A stretch of 64,000 nucleotides of DNA, taken from contig CAZAJB010000003.1 in assembly GCA_964485345.1 (NCBI GenBank), positions 12,474-76,473 of the forward strand. Reading direction: 5' to 3'. A model generated the notes under the pieces. It saw nothing but the letters and a program-made list of their open reading frames with translations, did no database searches and was not told the origin of the DNA. Shown in pieces: positions 45,340 to 54,071 of the stretch. The first letter of the stretch is position 1, and every line of letters starts with the position of its first letter. This DNA is from an uncultured Clostridiaceae bacterium (GTDB lineage Bacteria; Bacillota; Limnochordia; Darwinibacteriales; Darwinibacteriaceae). A program made the translations under genes and the position numbers.

Positions 45340-46623
45340 TCACTTCCTCGATTTCCACTTGCTCCATAGACTCTTTAGAGGTCCGTCTTTAAAGCGCACA
45401 TAGGCACCTTGCGCCGGATGGGGTGCTGGGACAATTCCCAAGGGAGGCACCTTTCCCGTATAGTTGATTATCCGCTGGACGGGCTGGCGAAACTGGTTTT
45501 CCACCACAAGTATCGGATCGATCATCCACGGAGTCATTTGATGTGCCAGAGCACTAAGGTCTTCGATCTCCACACCATTGATGCTCCGAATCACGTCGCC
45601 GGCGTCTAGACCCATGGCTTCCGCCGGTGAGTTAGGATACACGGTCAAAACCATCACTCCGCCTTCCCCCACGAAGACAGGAGTGTTTTCTTTCTCTCGC
45701 CTCTTCCCCAGGTAGATGACTAGCTCATGCCCGAGAGGTGCAAATAGGACGGGTAGAATTGTCACTGCTGGATAGGCATTTGCTACGAGAGCTAGACCTA
45801 AGAGGCTGAGACTATAGACGAGTAGCAACCCCGCGCTACGCCGAGCCCTCGTCTTCGGTAACTCCGTCTGCACAAAGTCACTATAACCCAGGGCCACGAC
45901 TAAGGGAAATAACACATGGAGCAATACATGATTCTCTGGCACCTCCAAGCCTGGCTGGAAAATAGGCCACCAGTCTGGCATGGGTACTGATTGTAGGTCC
46001 ACCCCTGAACTGAGCATCACCATACCCACCAAAGCGATGGTTGGCATGGGCCAGAACTTTCGCAGGGCAAAGCCGCCAACCACCTTGCCGCTCTCATGTT
46101 TGAAGAACATGGGAGAGGCATTGTGGTACCCGTTGACAAAAATCAAGAGCGACTCTACAATGTGTAGGACTGCCACCAACGCCATGAGCGTGGCAACATG
46201 GATCTGGGGAAAACCTGTGATCAGTGCGACTAGACTCACGAGACTGCCCGCGTAAGCAAAACAGAGAAATCGTTGGTCAATCAGCATGAGCAATATGGCT
46301 GCTAACCACAGATAGGCTACTCCAGCGTCGCTAATAGAAACGCCGAGTAGGATAAAAATCATGGTTGCCAGCATTCCTCCTCCGATGCCATACACCAGAG
46401 AGGTTACTGTCTCCATCAAAGGGTTTATTCGCTTCAAACGGAAGAACCCCTGTTCGTATTGGAGAATTTTTTTGTATTGCCGATACACTAGAACGAAGAC
46501 AAGGGCCATGATCAAGATGTAGCGCAGGTCAGTGACCATAAAGGTAAATGTTTGAAACGTTATTTTGACAAGTTCCCAAAGATAATTCAACGACTTCTCC
46601 TCCCTGATTCTAACGGGGAACAC
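45340..46623 (-). CDS. Polytopic membrane protein with C-terminal PDZ domain
   Basis: Several hydrophobic helices, then a PDZ-like segment VLTVYPNSPAEAMGLDAGDVIRSINGVEIEDL. No HExxH motif seen, so it is not called a site-2 protease. The start is uncertain. Confidence 0.6.
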   Translation of the reverse strand: MFPVRIREEKSLNYLWELVKITFQTFTFMVTDLRYILIMALVFVLVYRQYKKILQYEQGFFRLKRINPLMETVTSLVYGIGGGMLATMIFILLGVSISDAGVAYLWLAAILLMLIDQRFLCFAYAGSLVSLVALITGFPQIHVATLMALVAVLHIVESLLIFVNGYHNASPMFFKHESGKVVGGFALRKFWPMPTIALVGMVMLSSGVDLQSVPMPDWWPIFQPGLEVPENHVLLHVLFPLVVALGYSDFVQTELPKTRARRSAGLLLVYSLSLLGLALVANAYPAVTILPVLFAPLGHELVIYLGKRREKENTPVFVGEGGVMVLTVYPNSPAEAMGLDAGDVIRSINGVEIEDLSALAHQMTPWMIDPILVVENQFRQPVQRIINYTGKVPPLGIVPAPHPAQGAYVRFKDGPLKSLWSKWKSRK

Positions 46624-46660
46624 AGCACCCCGGAGATAGTTTCCGGGGTGGCGTATACAC

Positions 46661-47866
46661 TCAAAGCTGGTTTCGTAGGACTTCTAAAGCCTTTTCTAAC
46701 TGCGGATCATGCTCCGCCTCATCAAGATAAATCGCTTCTTCCTCTTCGATTGTCACTTCAACCACAATGTCTGGTTCGATACCCACCCCATTGATATCCT
46801 TGCCTCCCGACGTAAGGTAGCCCTGTTCTGTCACGGTCAGGGCACTCCCGTCACGGAGAGGATAGAGAGATTGCACCAAACCCTTGCCGAAGGTGGTCGT
46901 CCCGACCAAAGTGGCTAGGCCATTATCTTGCAGGGCACCGGAGACAATCTCCGAAGCGCTGGCGCTGCCGCCATTGATCAAGACTGCTATCGGCATGGGT
47001 GTACGCGTCCCCACTGTCATACTATCGAAGGGAGTACGAGTACCTTCCTGATCCTCCAAGTAGACAAGGGGTGCCCCAGAAACAAACTCGTTAGCCACCT
47101 CCAATGCTGCACCAAGTGTACCACCTGGGTTAAAACGAAGATCGAGAATCAAAGCCTGTTGTCCTTTTTGGTCTAGGTCTGCCAAGGCGGCCACCAACTC
47201 ATCATAGGTACGATCCGAAAAGTTGGTGATCTCTACATACCCAATATTATGTTGTTCATCGACCATGTAATAATCAGGAACCGACACCACATTAATCAAT
47301 TCCCGCACGATATGAAGCTCAAAGATATCTTCATCACGGCGAATTGTCAGGTCCAGTTCAGTCTCTTCTGGTCCCCGCATCAAACTCACTGCTTCATCCA
47401 AGGTCATGTAGGTGGTATCTTTACCATCAATGGCCATAATTTTGTCGCCACGCCTTAGGCCCGCCCGCTCCCCGGGCGTCCCTTTGATAGGCGAGACCAC
47501 AGTGACTCGATCATCTACAATGCCTACAGATAGACCAATTCCCCCGTAGATACCCGTCGTTGTATTCATCATATTCTCAAAGGCGCTCGCATCCATATGG
47601 CGAGTATAGGGATCATCAAGGGCATTCTTCAGCATCCCGTTAATCGTACCATGGGTGACATAGGACTTCAGCAAGTCAAAGGTGCTGACCGGCTGAAAGT
47701 AATGTCTGGTCTTCACCAAAGCGATAACCTCCAAGGCTGTTCCAATACTCTCATAGCGGGTCTCGCCCTCAGGCACCTGCAGATTGGCCTGGTACGAACC
47801 GTAGGCAAGAGAGACCGACAAGAACGCCACGATCAATAGGATTATTAGAGTTGCTTTCCGGCTCAC
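46661..47866 (-). CDS. S41A carboxyl-terminal processing peptidase (CtpA/CtpB-like)
   Basis: N-terminal anchor, PDZ domain (GTPGERAGLRRGDKIMAIDG), catalytic region GGSASASEI and TFGKG. Confidence 0.9.
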   Translation of the reverse strand: MSRKATLIILLIVAFLSVSLAYGSYQANLQVPEGETRYESIGTALEVIALVKTRHYFQPVSTFDLLKSYVTHGTINGMLKNALDDPYTRHMDASAFENMMNTTTGIYGGIGLSVGIVDDRVTVVSPIKGTPGERAGLRRGDKIMAIDGKDTTYMTLDEAVSLMRGPEETELDLTIRRDEDIFELHIVRELINVVSVPDYYMVDEQHNIGYVEITNFSDRTYDELVAALADLDQKGQQALILDLRFNPGGTLGAALEVANEFVSGAPLVYLEDQEGTRTPFDSMTVGTRTPMPIAVLINGGSASASEIVSGALQDNGLATLVGTTTFGKGLVQSLYPLRDGSALTVTEQGYLTSGGKDINGVGIEPDIVVEVTIEEEEAIYLDEAEHDPQLEKALEVLRNQL

Positions 47867-47983
47867 TCCATCACCATCTTTCTATTCTAGGCAAACTATA
47901 TGTGAAAACTCCCTGTCACATACTTATTAATGATTCATATTATCATATCAAAAACCCCTATGGCTTGGCAAGTACCCCGCCCC

Positions 47984-48832
47984 TCAAGGCGAAGACCGCA
48001 GTCCCCTAAAACCTTCTCCAAGGACTTCATGGACATCGTAAATAATCACAAAAGCTCTCTTATCCGTCTCCGCCACAATGCTCTTCAATGTAGCGATCTC
48101 CATGCGCGAGACAATGGCTAAGAGGATTTGCCTGTCATGCTTGGTATACATGCCCCGGCCATCGAGCATCGTCACTCCTCGCTCGAGTCGGTCCATGATC
48201 CTTTGACCAATCGTTTCTGGGTCATCGGAAATAACCAGACAAGCCTTAGCGTAGCTTTGGCCTTCCTGCACCAAGTCCACGGCTTTCGTCGTAATAAAAA
48301 CGGCAATCAGCGCGTACATGGCCAGTTCCGGCCCAAAGGCGATACCCGCTAGGACAATCACAAACCCATCTACAATGAGCAGGGCCTGGCCAACACTCGT
48401 GGGAAAGAAGCGGGCCACCAACTGTGCAGCCATATCGGTGCCTCCCGTGGAACCACCTGCACGAAACGCTATCCCTAGGCCAATTCCGGACAGTACGCCC
48501 CCATAGATGGCCGCCAGCAATAAGTCACTAGTGGGAGGAGTAGCAAACCGGTTGAAAATGTCCACAAAAATGGACAGGGTAATGGTTCCAAACAGTGTTT
48601 TTGCACCGAAGACAGGTCCAAAAACACGCCAGCTCAACAAGAACAGGGGAATATTCAACAGAAGCATCGTGACCCCAACAGAGAGCCCCGTGAGGTGATA
48701 GGCGACTGTGGCGAGACCGCTGACACCCCCTGCGGCAATCTTGGCAGGAATGAGGAAGTAACTGACCCCAACAGCCGTGATCATGACTCCAAGCAGAACC
48801 CCGCCATAACCCAAAAGAACCCTCTTAAGCAT
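47984..48832 (-). CDS. YitT-family membrane protein (DUF2179 C-terminal domain)
   Basis: Start reassigned to MLKRVLLGYGG (ATG at 48832 after GGGGAGG). Multiple transmembrane helices and a C-terminal soluble domain TMLDGRGMYT...FVIIYDVHEVLGEGF. Confidence 0.8.
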   Translation of the reverse strand: MLKRVLLGYGGVLLGVMITAVGVSYFLIPAKIAAGGVSGLATVAYHLTGLSVGVTMLLLNIPLFLLSWRVFGPVFGAKTLFGTITLSIFVDIFNRFATPPTSDLLLAAIYGGVLSGIGLGIAFRAGGSTGGTDMAAQLVARFFPTSVGQALLIVDGFVIVLAGIAFGPELAMYALIAVFITTKAVDLVQEGQSYAKACLVISDDPETIGQRIMDRLERGVTMLDGRGMYTKHDRQILLAIVSRMEIATLKSIVAETDKRAFVIIYDVHEVLGEGFRGLRSSP

Positions 48833-48836
48833 ATGC

Positions 48837-49574
48837 CTACCTCCCCTGCCGAAATCGCCAGAACACAACAGATAACACAAAAAACGGCAAGACCAATAAA
48901 CGTTTGATCCTCCAAGGTTGCCGAATCAGACGATAGAGCCATTCCACGTTGATTTTGCGCATCCAGAGCGGGGCACGTTTATCTACACCTGCCCACACAT
49001 TGAAACTCCCGCCCACTCCTATAGCCAGCGGTATCTTAAGGGCTCCTAGATGAGCTGCGAGCCACTTTTCCTGGCGTGGCACGCCCAGGGCAGCTAGTAG
49101 TATGTGGGGATTTAGGTGCTGAATTGTCGCCAGGATCTCCTCTTCTTCCTCTCCAGATGCAAAGAAGCCATGGTGAGTGCCGACGATTTTCAAGTCGGAG
49201 TGTTCCCGCAGGAGTGCCTGTGCCGCCTGGTCTGAAACACCTTCTTCACCGCCTAAGAAGAACACGCTCCAACCTCTAGCAGCCGCCTGCTCCAGCAAAC
49301 CTTCAGCGAGTTCGATGCCGGGAATTCTCTCCGGCACCGGCTTACCAAGAAAGCGGGCAGCCCAGACAACGCCAATTCCGTCTGCCACCACCAAATCCGC
49401 TCGTTCCATGATTTCTGCCAGCAGTTGATCGCCCCTGGCCTTCATCACCATCTCTGGGTTCGCCGTAATCACCAAATGAGCATCACCGTCAGCCACAAAC
49501 GATGCCAAGCGACCTTGGGCCTCTGCCATGGTCACTGGATCAAACCCACTGCCTAAGATCTGCGTCCTTTGCAT
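48837..49574 (-). CDS. tagA: WecB/TagA/CpsF-family glycosyltransferase (ManNAc transferase-like)
   Basis: 245 aa. ITANPEMVM, ADLVVADGIGVVWAAR, FFLGG, and C-terminal RAPLWMRKINVEWLYRLIRQPWR, typical of TagA. Confidence 0.85.
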   Translation of the reverse strand: MQRTQILGSGFDPVTMAEAQGRLASFVADGDAHLVITANPEMVMKARGDQLLAEIMERADLVVADGIGVVWAARFLGKPVPERIPGIELAEGLLEQAAARGWSVFFLGGEEGVSDQAAQALLREHSDLKIVGTHHGFFASGEEEEEILATIQHLNPHILLAALGVPRQEKWLAAHLGALKIPLAIGVGGSFNVWAGVDKRAPLWMRKINVEWLYRLIRQPWRIKRLLVLPFFVLSVVFWRFRQGR

Positions 49575-49578
49575 GCTC

Positions 49579-50613
49579 TCATCTCACCACCACTCTAGCC
49601 AACATCGCGCGATTTTTCAGGGCACTGATTCGTACGACCTCCAAGGCTTTACGATAGTCTAACCTATGCTGATCCGCGTTCTGCAATACTCTATCCACAC
49701 CCAAAGCTAGATCCCCCACGTCCTCCAGTTCAAAGCAGGGAATCTGGAGCTGCTCACTAATGGCGGCAACCTTGGGATCGTAGTTCAAGCCTAAAGGTTG
49801 ACAGTCATGCAGGGCACTGAAGATCAGTCCATGCAGACGCATGGATACAAAGAGACTGGCTCCAGAGAACACCTGGCCCAAGGTCTCAAGTGTTACGCCT
49901 TGATGAACCTTTAGGTCCGAGCATCTTTCCTGCAGGGCCTGGCCCATCTCTAAGTCCCCGGGACCTAGAGGCAAGAACTCCACAGTAAAACCTTGGTCCT
50001 GCCAATACCTAGACTGATGGAGCCAAAGATCCTGCTGCCACTCCCAACCCTCATAGGGTCGCAAATTGAACAATATCCTGCGTGACTTGGGCCCAAGATC
50101 CTCCACTAATCCATGCTGGAAGACAGGATCGGCACAAAGCTGAATTTTCTCCGCTGGCACTCCCAAGTCGACTAGAAACTGTAGGCTACCTTCGTTACGT
50201 ACCGAGCAGGCGAGGCTGCGTTTGAAGGCCCTGGCTATCCATGAGCGAAAAAAACCACTTCGCACCGGACCTAGTCCCTGTCCATACATGACCACTGGGA
50301 CGCCGCGGAGATGTGCCAATTCCACCAAGCCCAGATAATAGGGAATGCTCCGCTTGCTGGTCACATCCTGCAACAAGGAACCTCCCCCACTAAGAAAAAG
50401 GCGCGCGGTTCCCATTTTGTTCCATATTTGCCTAAGATCGTAACGGGGTAAAGCCCTCACTCCCAGTTGCCCGGCTGTCATCTGCGGGTTATTCGACAGT
50501 ACGACAATCTCTTCGCTCGGAACGCCGAGGGCAAGGAGATCCTCGCATACGGTAGCCAGGATTGCCTCATCGCCCAGATTATCGAATCCGTAATAGCCCG
50601 AGATTAATATCAC
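49579..50613 (-). CDS. csaB: Polysaccharide pyruvyl transferase CsaB
   Basis: N-terminal ISGYYGFDNLGDEAIL motif characteristic of CsaB. Likely GTG start at 50613 after GGAGG. Adjacent to tagA. Confidence 0.8.
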   Translation of the reverse strand: MILISGYYGFDNLGDEAILATVCEDLLALGVPSEEIVVLSNNPQMTAGQLGVRALPRYDLRQIWNKMGTARLFLSGGGSLLQDVTSKRSIPYYLGLVELAHLRGVPVVMYGQGLGPVRSGFFRSWIARAFKRSLACSVRNEGSLQFLVDLGVPAEKIQLCADPVFQHGLVEDLGPKSRRILFNLRPYEGWEWQQDLWLHQSRYWQDQGFTVEFLPLGPGDLEMGQALQERCSDLKVHQGVTLETLGQVFSGASLFVSMRLHGLIFSALHDCQPLGLNYDPKVAAISEQLQIPCFELEDVGDLALGVDRVLQNADQHRLDYRKALEVVRISALKNRAMLARVVVR

Positions 50614-52225
50614 TGCCAAGCCTCCTCTTCGCCCAGTTCAATACTGCAAAGATGATCCAGCCTAGGAGGTATCCAAAGAACAACCCATAGAATGTCCTGA
50701 GTAGACTTACCCATAGAAAGGTATGGGTGTGTGTAAAGGTATTGACAAGCGATATCTGCCCAATGACGGCCACAGGAAGCCACCAGGACCTACGTCGTTC
50801 CTTGGAATGGAGGGCCAAGTATAAGGCAGGATGGCCTAGGAACAGTTCCTTCGTGCGGGGGCGTACAACGAGTAGGTTTTCTAAGAATTCCCGCGCCCTA
50901 ACTTCAAAGCCCAAGGCAGGGAGCCCAAAATTACCCGTTCGCAGTATATAAACGACACCCAGGAGACCAAGGACCCCTGCCAAGAGCAAGTAAGGCACTG
51001 GGATACTCCTTTGTAGCCAGCCCCGCAAAGGCCGAATCAAGCTGAAGATCACTAGGGCTATTGGGACAACATGCATGAGTTTAACCCCTCGAAACTCCTG
51101 GACCTTGATCAAGAACTCCGTTCCGCTCAGCATGGTCACAACAAAGAGCGCGCCGATCATGGAAATTAGAGAGATACCAATATAGTTCGTCAACGGCCTC
51201 TTGCCCCAATCGAGCTGCAGGGCCAGGGAGGGGAAAATGATTGCTGCCACAAGGGCCAAGCCCTGTCTACCCCAGGTCGGTGCGATGGTAAGTAGGGCTA
51301 GACTCAGTGCTAGTGCCACCACTCCCAACCAGAGGATCAGCGTCTCCCAACGGGGAAAGAGATCCATGGCGTACCAAACAGAGGCTGCTAGAATTCCTGC
51401 CCCAACCACGGCTGTCCAAACCCAAGCGATACGCCAAAGTGGAAAGGGCTGTGCTTGTCCTACGGCAAAACCAGCCTCTACTAACCTCGCCTGTAGTCGA
51501 TCCAAGAGGTGCAAGGAACGCTCCAAGCTATCCTCGCTCTCTACAAAGGGCCTCACATAGAGTACCCGTATATTTCGTTCTGTGACTGCCCGCATGTAAC
51601 GATTCAAAATGCGCTCATCGGATAAGACCTCCATCTCGCGGGCACTGATGCCGTGAAGTCTAACCATGGTGCTTGGTTGGGCGGAGCCAATGAAAGGCGC
51701 AGAGAACTCCACCATGGCCAGTGTGGCACGGCTCCCATAGAAACTCTCCATGTCCATCGGACTCTGACCACTAACAATGATCAGTTCCGGATGATATGGA
51801 AGCCAAGTTGGGTCAATATCCCAGGGGGCAGTATTGAGCTTGGGAGCCACTTTCAGGCCGGCCTGGGATACCAACTCCAACTGCTCCGCTTCAAATTGGA
51901 CGGGCAAGGTTAGATACCTACCCAAGTCTGTGACGCTCTCAAGTAGAAACTCCCTGACTCCTTCAGGCAGCGCTATCCCCGCAAGCATCATCTCTCCCAC
52001 ACTCGTAGGCTGGACCGCGATGGTTGAGACTCCAGCCGACTTCAACTGGGATAAAAGCTCTTTTTGTTCAATATCCTGCGCAGCACTCAACGCAAAAAGG
52101 CCTGGCAAATCATAGACGATTTCCACCGTAGAATTAGGAACCTCTATCGTCCAGCGCTGGATAAAGACGCCTAAGGAGGTTAGGATAGCGAGCAGAATGA
52201 CAACAGCAAGAACTCGTTTCATCAC
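50579..52225 (-). CDS. Large membrane protein with an N-terminal extracytoplasmic domain and ~10 transmembrane helices (resembles the DUF5693 family often found next to csaB)
   Basis: 548 aa, signal-anchor, ~250-aa soluble region, then a hydrophobic C-terminal half. The family name comes from memory of csaB neighbourhoods and is unverified. Confidence 0.5.
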   Translation of the reverse strand: MMKRVLAVVILLAILTSLGVFIQRWTIEVPNSTVEIVYDLPGLFALSAAQDIEQKELLSQLKSAGVSTIAVQPTSVGEMMLAGIALPEGVREFLLESVTDLGRYLTLPVQFEAEQLELVSQAGLKVAPKLNTAPWDIDPTWLPYHPELIIVSGQSPMDMESFYGSRATLAMVEFSAPFIGSAQPSTMVRLHGISAREMEVLSDERILNRYMRAVTERNIRVLYVRPFVESEDSLERSLHLLDRLQARLVEAGFAVGQAQPFPLWRIAWVWTAVVGAGILAASVWYAMDLFPRWETLILWLGVVALALSLALLTIAPTWGRQGLALVAAIIFPSLALQLDWGKRPLTNYIGISLISMIGALFVVTMLSGTEFLIKVQEFRGVKLMHVVPIALVIFSLIRPLRGWLQRSIPVPYLLLAGVLGLLGVVYILRTGNFGLPALGFEVRAREFLENLLVVRPRTKELFLGHPALYLALHSKERRRSWWLPVAVIGQISLVNTFTHTHTFLWVSLLRTFYGLFFGYLLGWIIFAVLNWAKRRLGSDINLGLLRIR

Positions 52226-52920
52226 AGTCCTCCAAACTCAATCAAAATCTGCTGTTCTTCAAGGAAAACCTCCTTGATCTCCACAGGATAGGGAAACACG
52301 CCAAAGTCCATGATAAACTCGTAATTATCACTCAGTACTTCCAACAAAATGGAAGGGACGCTAGCGTCATGCAGCGCTACATCTCTCAAGGCATAACGCA
52401 AGGCCGTGCCGTGGTGCACCTCAAGATCACCTGTGACAGTGACCGTCCACTCCATGTTCCAGAAGCTGATGGTACCGGCCAGATCAACCCCTCCAGGAGA
52501 TACTTGTAGGCTCAAGAACCGATCCGGGTCAACCACGTCCCACAGTAGCTCGTTGAGGGCATCTTCGGTGACAACAATCTCGCCTTGCACATTTGTCACC
52601 TCGGTATAGACTAATTCTTGCTCTTGCCACAGCAAACGGGGATCAAAACGGATCTCCTTTCCATGGAGTTCCACCCTGGCAATATGAAGGCCATCAATAA
52701 TGGCATTTCTCGCGATCAGGTCCAGGCTCGGTAAACGCCCAAAGAGCAGCTCCCAGCCCCAAGGTGCCCCAACATCCACCTTAACGTCAGTAGACTGCAA
52801 GGATTCCTCGATCTCTTGTTGTAATTGGTCAGCTAAATGCGGAATCAAGAGAATTCTTGGGAGACCGATGATGACAAGCAAGACCGCAACTACTGCTATG
52901 ATTCGTCGGTACCGTTTCAT
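52222..52920 (-). CDS. Membrane-anchored DUF2993/LmeA-like protein (tentative)
   Basis: N-terminal transmembrane helix, then GRLPSLDLIARNAIIDGLHIARVELHGKEIRFD, a pattern reminiscent of DUF2993. 4-nt overlap with the downstream gene. Confidence 0.4.
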   Translation of the reverse strand: MKRYRRIIAVVAVLLVIIGLPRILLIPHLADQLQQEIEESLQSTDVKVDVGAPWGWELLFGRLPSLDLIARNAIIDGLHIARVELHGKEIRFDPRLLWQEQELVYTEVTNVQGEIVVTEDALNELLWDVVDPDRFLSLQVSPGGVDLAGTISFWNMEWTVTVTGDLEVHHGTALRYALRDVALHDASVPSILLEVLSDNYEFIMDFGVFPYPVEIKEVFLEEQQILIEFGGL

Positions 52921-52942
52921 CTATGCAGCTCACTCCACTTCT

Positions 52943-52979
52943 CAAAAGATGGCCCTTTCCCCTTGAAAAAGGCCATCTT
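52943..52979 (-). terminator. Putative terminator after prfB
   Basis: Stem AAGATGGCC (52946-52954) / GGCCATCTT (52971-52979), followed on the minus strand by TTGAG. The T-run is weak. Confidence 0.45.
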
Positions 52980-52986
52980 GCTTTGC

Positions 52987-54067
52987 TTACTTCAGTTTAA
53001 GGAATCCTTCAATGAAGGGATCTAAATCGCCGTCCATCACGGCGTTTACATTACCCACTTCTACGTTGCTGCGATGATCCTTAACCAGAGTATAAGGACA
53101 GAACACATAAGAGCGGATCTGGCTACCCCAGGCAATGTCTCGTTGCTGGCCCTTGAGGCTGTCCATCTTAGCCCTCTGCTCCTCCATTTGCCGCTCTAAG
53201 AGCCGCGCCCGGAGAATCTTCAAAGCTGCTTCTCGATTAGAATGTTGGGAACGTTCCGATTGGCACTGCACCACAATCCCAGAGGGCAAGTGCGTAATGC
53301 GAATGGCCGAGTCAGTCTTGTTCACGTGCTGACCACCAGCACCGCTAGCACGATAGGTATCAATACGCAAGTCATCTGGATTGATGGCTACCGTGACATC
53401 ATCCTCAATCTCCGGTAGCACTTCTACCGATGAAAAGGAGGTATGCCTGCGGCCTGAAGAATCAAAAGGTGAGATACGGACAAGACGATGCACGCCCTTT
53501 TCGCTCCTAAGATAGCCATAGGCATTCGTCCCTTGAATGAGCAAGGTTGCATCCTTGAGGCCCGCCTCGTCGCCTGGCTGGTAGTCCAGAACTTCCACCG
53601 TGTAATCCTGATCTTCCGCCCAGCGTGTATACATCCGAAGAAGCATGGATGCCCAATCTTGGGACTCGGTACCACCGGCCCCGGGGTGAATGGTCAAGAT
53701 GGCGTTACCTCCATCATACTCTCCGCTGAGCAACGACGCTAACTCCAGCTCATCCACTGCCCGCTGAAGTCCAGGCAAAAGGGTATCTAATTCTGCTTGG
53801 AGACCTACATCCGCAGCCTCGTCTAATAGTTCTACAAGTGTAAGAGCCTCTTCGTGGAGATCGCGGACCCCAGTCCACTGTTGAATGATTCGCTTTACGC
53901 CACTTATCTCCTTGGTCGTTTGTTGGGCCAATTCTTGGTTATCCCAAAAGCCTTGCTCCAGCATGCTCTCCTCGAGCTCTTTTAATCTTGTTTCATTATC
54001 ATCAATGTCAAAGATAACCTCGCATTTCCTCAATCCGCCTACCCAAGTCGATCAGTAACTCTTGCAT
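52987..54067 (-). CDS. prfB: Peptide chain release factor 2, requiring a programmed +1 ribosomal frameshift
   Basis: Frame 0 runs from ATG at 54067: MQELLIDLGRRIEEMRGYL then TGA. The shift site CTT TGA C has CTT at 54013-54011 and TGA at 54010-54008. The +1 frame continues DIDDNETRLKEL... into the 348-aa track ORF, which carries SPF (RISPFDS) and GGQ (SGAGGQHVNKTDSA) motifs. Confidence 0.93.
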
Positions 54068-54071
54068 TGGA

